From Eledone cirrhosa (taxonomy: Eukaryota), in contig OZ024743.1 of NCBI GenBank assembly GCA_964016885.1, positions 54,498,001 through 54,562,000 on the forward strand: 64,000 bases of DNA, given 5' to 3'. The position numbers were made by a program, and so were the translations under genes. This document shows, piece by piece, positions 57,247 to 64,000 of this stretch. A model generated the notes under the pieces. It did not search any database. It was not told where the DNA came from and was given only the letters and a program-made list of their open reading frames with translations. Positions within the stretch are counted from its first letter, which is position 1; the number at the start of each line of letters is the position of its first letter.

Positions 57247-57885
57247 AAAAAGTTTTCTCACCCCCGGCCGCTTATTAATTTTGCTAATCTATCTCAGGCA
57301 AAATTCTATTTTAAGTGGTAGCATTCCTGCGACAATTAATTTTCTTTGGTACATTAAAAAGCATTATACATGACAAAAAATAAAAAAGAACATGGCAAGA
57401 AAACTCATATGTTATGAAATAAATAGGATGGGTTGGGGTCTCAATATGTAAACTCAGTGACTAATTCTGCTATTTAAAAAAATCAACGGTGACAACCTAA
57501 AAAAATTACATATTTTCACACATCGCTCCGCTTATTCCTCCTCCTATTATTCGGGACCCTGCAGTATGTATACACGTAAAGTAAGAGTGTATGTACGTGA
57601 ATATTTAAATATACAATATGTGCGTATGTATGTGCACATATGGACGGCGGCTGCATACGCAAACGGATGTATATACATGCAAGTATAGCATGTATTTGTA
57701 AAGGTATCATAGTACATATTTTACATAAGTATTGTTAGAAACTGAATCACTGGGAATTTCCACGTCAGATTCGAAACAGCAACCTGCTGTTTAAACAGCT
57801 GTTGATATGATGCTGCGTTAAACATCTTTTCAACAACACACTGTGAGACAATAAGTACAAAGTTACTCAGTCCCTCATTCTCAGA

Positions 57886-59136
57886 GGGGGTGCGGTGCGT
57901 TGATCAAATCTTCATTCTCCGGCGTGTCCTGGAACAACGGTGGGCACATCAACAGCCTACCGTCCTCTGCTTCATCGACTTTGCAGCTGCCTTCGACTCG
58001 GTAGATCAGGAAGCCCTATGGCGTATAATGCAGGTGGACGGCATCCCAGTGAAGCTGCTTCGTCTCGTACAAGGCTACTACCGGTCGACTCGGGTCCATG
58101 GTAGGGAGACGGAGACGTTCGATGTTGGGACTGGTATTCGGCAGGGGTGTGCGCTATCGCCAACTCTCTTCAACTACGCGATTGACTACACTCTCAACAC
58201 AGCGCTCGTGATTACCCGGGCGTAGAGGTCGGGAGAGGGGTCGTGGTGACGGACCTGGCGTACGCGGATGACATCGTCCTGATGGGCGCTAACGGGACAG
58301 ATGTACAAGGTGCTCTCGACAGGGTGCACACTGCAGCCGCTGCTGTTGGTCTACGAATCAATGCCGCCAAGTCGAAAGTCATGACGTCACTGGTCTCGCC
58401 TGATGCCTGCCAGCCAATATCTCTCGAGGGCGTGAACCTGGAGAATGTGGAGTCCTTCGTTTACCTGGGCTCAGCAGTGGTTCCAACGAGACAGGGCGCA
58501 GCCGAGGTCAAGCGTCGCATAGGTGCTGCCAGATCCGCTTTTGGGCGCCTCCAGCGGTGTCTGTGGGACAGAAGAGAGATCACCTCGGCGACCAAAGGGC
58601 GAATCGACCAGGCCGTCGTTCACACTATCCTCCTCTATGGCTGTGAAACCAGGTCTATGAGGGTAGTCGATCAACGAGGGCTGGAGGTCTTCGACAATGA
58701 CTGTCTCCGCCGCATTCTTCGCTGCAGACGCGTTGATTGGGTGCCTACTACCTTCGTCTTCGCCTGAATCTTCGACCCCTTCCTTCAGTGCTTCTGCAAC
58801 GGTGCTTGAGATGGTTTGGTCACGCAGCCCGGCGCCCTGAGAGTGAGATGATCCGCAATGTTCTCCTCCCACCTCCACTCCCTAACTGGCGCAAGGGCGT
58901 TGGCGGGCAGCTGAAGACCTGGGCAACGACGATCAAGGAGGACCTCTCCGAACTCTCAGGTCCGCAGGTGGTCGGCCTGCGCCGATGGAACCGTGACTGG
59001 CTCGCTATCTCCAGTGACCTAGCTCGGGACCGTCGTGTGTGGGCTGCCATGGTTCGGGATGCCGTCAAGACAAGGGAAGAAGCCGGCTCAACCCGTTCAG
59101 GGTGAATGTCGACACAAGTACAAGTACAAGTAAGTA
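57886..59136 (+). mobile_element. 5'-truncated RTE-clade LINE (RT domain + C-terminus, disrupted)
   Basis: DQIFILR, FIDFAAAFDSV, GIRQGCALSP, LAYADD, FVYLGS, LRWFGH; (CAAGTA)n tail. Confidence 0.92.
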
Positions 59137-59162
59137 TCTATCTATCTATCTATTATCTATCT

Positions 59163-60401
59163 CCGGACCTCCAGGTGGAGAAGAACTGGAACGAGGTGAC
59201 GGCCAAGGTGTTTGCGCTCACCCAGAAGTGGGCCGAGTGCAAACTATCCTTGAAAGGTCGAGCGGAGGTGGCGAACATTTTTATAGCGTCCATCATCTCC
59301 TACTGCTTGACCGTCGTGCCTTGTCCAGCCAAAACGCTCACCAAAGTGGAGCACGCGCTCTTCCAATTCCTTTGGAAGAAACGGGCTTCTTTGGTGAGAA
59401 GATCCATCTGCTGCCAACACCCTTCAAACGGAGGGCTGGGGGTGCCGTGGCTGACGATGCGCAAACACGTGCTCAGGCTGCGGCACCTCCACGTATTCCT
59501 CACTGGACAACCAGTGTGGGCCCCGTTCGTGAGGCGAGCCTTCCTACGACTCGTCTCGCTGACCGAGCTGCAGTCCTGGGTCAAGCAAAGACCGAGGAAC
59601 GTGGGCGACTGGCACATTGAATGTGCTCAGGCGCTCACAGTCCTCTGGCAAACGGACCCGGCGATCAGTGGAGACTGGACTTCGACATTCTATAGAGGGT
59701 TGGTTCGCAACAAGTGCGACGACGCGCTCGGAGAAACTCTAAGCGTAGAGGAGGACGAACTGGCCAGTCTGTTCGGTAGGACATTCCGCCTGGGACCAAT
59801 GGACAACTTCCAGAAGTCCCTGGCCTGGCAGTGCTACCGAGGAGCTTTACCAGTTCGAGACAAGCTCTACAGACACGGGCGCCCGGGTAGGGACCCTTCG
59901 AAAAAGATCTGTCCTTCAAAAACGAGGTAGAGGCGGTTTTCCTATGTGTTATGGCTATGGTGAAAGAGGTTATATGGTGGATGAGGTTAAAAGGGCTGAG
60001 GTCAGACACCTTTCTCTCCGGCCAACAACTGATTCGGTTTTTCAAATATCATTTTGGAAGAAGAATCAGGATGGAGAGAGAGGTGCTGTACCCCATCAAA
60101 TTTTATAAAAGGTGGGTGAATGTGGCAAAGATGGCCCGAGTGGTTGGGCCTTCTCTATATATAAGCCTGTAGGTTGAGGAAAAAGAGGAAGAGAGGAAGG
60201 GAGTACTCACTCTTGGTGCTCCTGGAGATGAGGGTTGTACATTTTTTCGGGGTGTGTACAACTCCTGTGTAACGCCTCCCCCTATTGGGGATTTCAATTG
60301 TTATTTGTTTTATTAATAGTTTTATTTTCATATACCTGTATGTAAACTCCCCATTTGTATTTGTCCCCTTCTTTTGTGCCCTTGTGGCTAATAAAGAAAT
60401 G
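59163..60401 (+). mobile_element. 5'-truncated Tx1/L1-clade LINE
   Basis: LSLKGRAEVAN...FQFLW...GGLGVP...ALPVRDKL; aataaa; 16-bp duplication tatctattatctatct at 59147/60402. Confidence 0.85.
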
Positions 60402-60408
60402 TATCTAT

Positions 60409-60469
<61 letters not shown>

Positions 60470-60786
60470 CACCCCATACACAATTGTTTCTACGCATTAG
60501 ATCCCGTTTATGTGCAATGCAGGGATATTTTCCAAAGAAGTTTCGCTGGACAGATTTTAGGAGCAAAAACAACCGGTAGGAGATCCAGGGATAGACCCGG
60601 AGCAATGGTGGTTGGATGACATCCATGAGTTTGGCTAATCTAGCTTGGGGATCAGGCCGGATCAGTTGGAGACGTTTGCTTGTGACAGGACCCGGTATAA
60701 GGAATGTTAGAGGACTTTGCCCCAACGACCATCTCACGAAGAAGAAGAAGAAGAAGAAGAAGAAGAAGAAGAAGAAGAAGAAGAAG

Positions 60787-60817
<31 letters not shown>

Positions 60818-61082
60818 TTTTTTCGATGAAGAGAAATACATTGTAACTTTACTAGATCGCCATCTTCAGACACGTACCTGAACCAACAATTTACATTCAG
60901 CCTGAAAGACGCTGCTAAAGTGACAGGACTTGCTTTCTCTTGCATAAGTATTCACTATCTTTCACTTCAATATAATGGAAATGTTAATGAATATTAATGG
61001 CTATCTATTTGCATAACCTAAGCATTCTTAAAACACACGCTAACACAGACACACATAGGCACATGCACACACACACAAACAG

Positions 61083-61281
<199 letters not shown>

Positions 61282-61604
61282 GACATTCTCGTTTAGGTCC
61301 AAGTACAATAAGTGTGAAGGAAAAGAATATACTATAGAAAGTTAAAACAACTGGTTACCTCGTCAGAACGTGTGTGTGTGTATGTGTATGTGATTGTGTG
61401 TGTGTGTTTCAGTCTATGTCTTGGCAATGTGTAGATATGTAAGTATGTGAAATGGTGTCTGTGTGTAGTTATGTTAACGTGTTATTGTACCTATATGTGT
61501 TTGAGGGTGTAAACATATATATATATGTCCCTTATGTATGTAAACATGTGACCATTTGTTTGTTGTGCATATGTGTGTTATGTACGTATATGTGTGTGTT
61601 TCTG

Positions 61605-61642
<38 letters not shown>

Positions 61643-61724
61643 CAGAAACACACACATATACGTACATAACACACACATATATATATATATATAAATATAT
61701 AAATATATATATATGCATACAGAA

Positions 61725-61792
<68 letters not shown>

Positions 61793-62084
61793 GTATGTGT
61801 GCGTGTGTATTTGTATATATATATATGTGTGTGTGTATTTGTATATATATATATAAAATACACCCACACACACAAACACAAACACACACACACACACACA
61901 CACACGTATGTTTTTTATTCCAAATGTGTGAGAACGAGTGAATGCGTGTAGGTATGCGAGTACGCGCGCGCTAGTGGAAGTGGCTATTGTGTGTGCTTGA
62001 GAAGTGTGTTAAAGATGAAAGGGCCGACTGATAGATTTATCACGTCAGCTAGGCGTGGTTAATAACCTCATCAGTTCAAAGACG

Positions 62085-62420
62085 GTGAAGAAGGAGGAGG
62101 AGAAGAAGGAGAAGAAGAAGAAGAAGAAGAAGAAGAAGAAGAAGAAGAAGAAGAATAAGAAGAAGAAGAAGAAGAAGAATAAGAAGGAGGAGGAGGAGGA
62201 AACGAGGAGAAGAAGAACAAGAAAAACAAGAAGTAGAATAAGAAGTAGAAAAAGAAGAACAAGAAGAAGAATAAGAAGTAGAAGAATGGGGGGAGGGGGA
62301 GGAGAGGAAGAAGAACAAGAACAAGAACGAGGAGGAGAAGAAGAAGGGAGAAGGAGCAAAAGAAAAAGAAGGACCAGGAAGACAAAGAAAAGAAGGAGAA
62401 AGAGGTGAAGAAGAAGATTA
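62085..62420 (+). repeat. Polypurine (GAA/GGA)n tract
   Basis: Visible periodicity. Confidence 0.9.
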
Positions 62421-62777
62421 AACAAACGGAAAAGGAGGAGAAAGAAACACGAAATGTGTACTGAGTAGAGCTTTGTCGGCCCATGTTTTTCCTAACACAC
62501 TCTCACACACAAAATTAAAAGACAAACGCACTCACCCATTTGTATACGTGCACACGGTGAGATAAAAACAGTAACAACACTGTGTATGTATCGGTATGCG
62601 CGCGCATGTATGTGTAAACAGATGTTTTAGTTTGTGAAATATTTTTGCAGAGACGGTGACTGCATAGTTTCAAACTGTATTGAAAAATGGAATGTTAGTG
62701 CTTGTATATATTCAACTCTCTTTTAAGCGTGAAATAAGACTCTATGTTAAGGTATTGTTTGTTTGATTCTTGTATTA

Positions 62778-63506
62778 TCTGTATATATATAAAGACGAAC
62801 TTTTCTGTATGTGTGTTTGTGGACAATTTTCAATGAGGGCTCATATATTCTAAACCATTCATGCGATTTCTTTGAAATTTTTTACAGAGCTTCTCCTTGC
62901 ACAAAACATGTACATGATCTACAAAGGCTTTCAAAAATCGATATTGGGGCCTTTGGCGACATTAAAAATATTTCGGTTATTTGTGTGGTTTTCGTGATTA
63001 AGTACGACAAGAGTTATCTTTCGTAATTCGGCTCATTCGGATTTTATTTTACTCTTTGTACTTGAAACAAAAGGTACGCTTCCTTGAGACTAACAATATA
63101 ATTTTGTATATTTCACAACCAGCAATTTCTGACAGATTACTAAGTTAAGTTATAGATTTGACATTGTATAATTTACCGTTTCAAGCTTGATGTTCATACA
63201 TTAAGTGATGCCATAACTTTTACAATATTATGCTTTGTACATAACATTATTCACTTCACTTCTCTATTTCATGATGCGCTTTTACTGTTGTCAAAAAAAT
63301 TCATACCTAGACTGGATTTCTGTTGTTACATGGTATAACGGAAGACACCGAGCTCGCATATTAATTATTTCGCTGGAATAGTGCCTAAGGTTTTCATGTT
63401 TACATAAAGTACGTTTTTCTTCTATGTATTCAAATTTACTTTGTTTAGTTTAATGAGCTACATCGAAAGCTACTTGAACTGTCCAAAGGACGGGTAGTTT
63501 AGCTAG
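62778..63506 (+). mobile_element. Non-autonomous Helitron
   Basis: TC start; 3' gtcc-aaa-ggac hairpin + CTAG|T. Confidence 0.65.
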
Positions 63507-63716
63507 TATATATACACATATAATAATGGATTGATTTTATTTTGAGTGCCGATTAGAGTGTAAACTTATACGTGAAAATTTGAGTTACCCGGACCGATGT
63601 ACCAGTTTCTACAATTCCAATCTGCCAGCGGTGGTCTGAATGAAATCCCCATGTGCAGAAATTAGGTAATGTTAGTATTGACCAATGCAAGAAAAATAAG
63701 AGGGACATAACAGTTA

Positions 63717-63807
<91 letters not shown>

Positions 63808-63809
<2 letters not shown>

Positions 63810-64000
63810 GGCGCATGGCTGACTAGTTAGAGAATTGGATTCGCAATCATGAGATTGAGATTTCGATTCCAGGACCGGGCAATGCGTTATGTTCTTGAGC
63901 AAAACATGTATTTCACGTTGTTCCTTCTGTCTGTATTTGTGAACGGTAGATAGTATTAGTAATTGGAAAGACTAATGGCAACATTGTTTCCTCGGTCCGA
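63808..64000 (+). mobile_element. tRNA-type SINE with CORE-like domain (also at 47040-47165, minus)
   Basis: A/B-box-like tggctgactagtt / ttcgattcc; ttcttgagcaaaacat. Confidence 0.7.

Noticed and set aside
62055-62408. Lys/Arg-rich protamine-like ORF
   Set aside because: Polypurine trinucleotide repeat open in several frames

Overview
AT-rich animal genomic DNA saturated with microsatellites. The repeat content looks cephalopod/octopus-like (inference). Most ORF-track entries are simple-repeat artefacts. The only host-gene candidate is a minus-strand Thr/Pro-rich mucin-like exon (~928-4392) with a canonical donor, followed by a probable next exon at 1-24. The rest is transposon debris: Penelope-like elements, RTE, Tx1/L1, R4-type and CRE-type LINE fragments, Helitrons, a hATm-like element and tRNA-type SINEs. 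The standout is a 3.3-kb array (29091-32394) of apparently identical 311-bp non-coding monomers. Each monomer carries a type I hammerhead ribozyme, and the array folds back on itself as a near-perfect palindrome. At least six other hammerhead-bearing elements of different sequence lie in the window. Most of them, and two protein-coding Penelope copies, share one geometry: ribozyme-sense strands diverge, 3' ends point outward, and the element sits in a microsatellite. This suggests a retrozyme/Penelope system with rolling-circle and fold-back integration.
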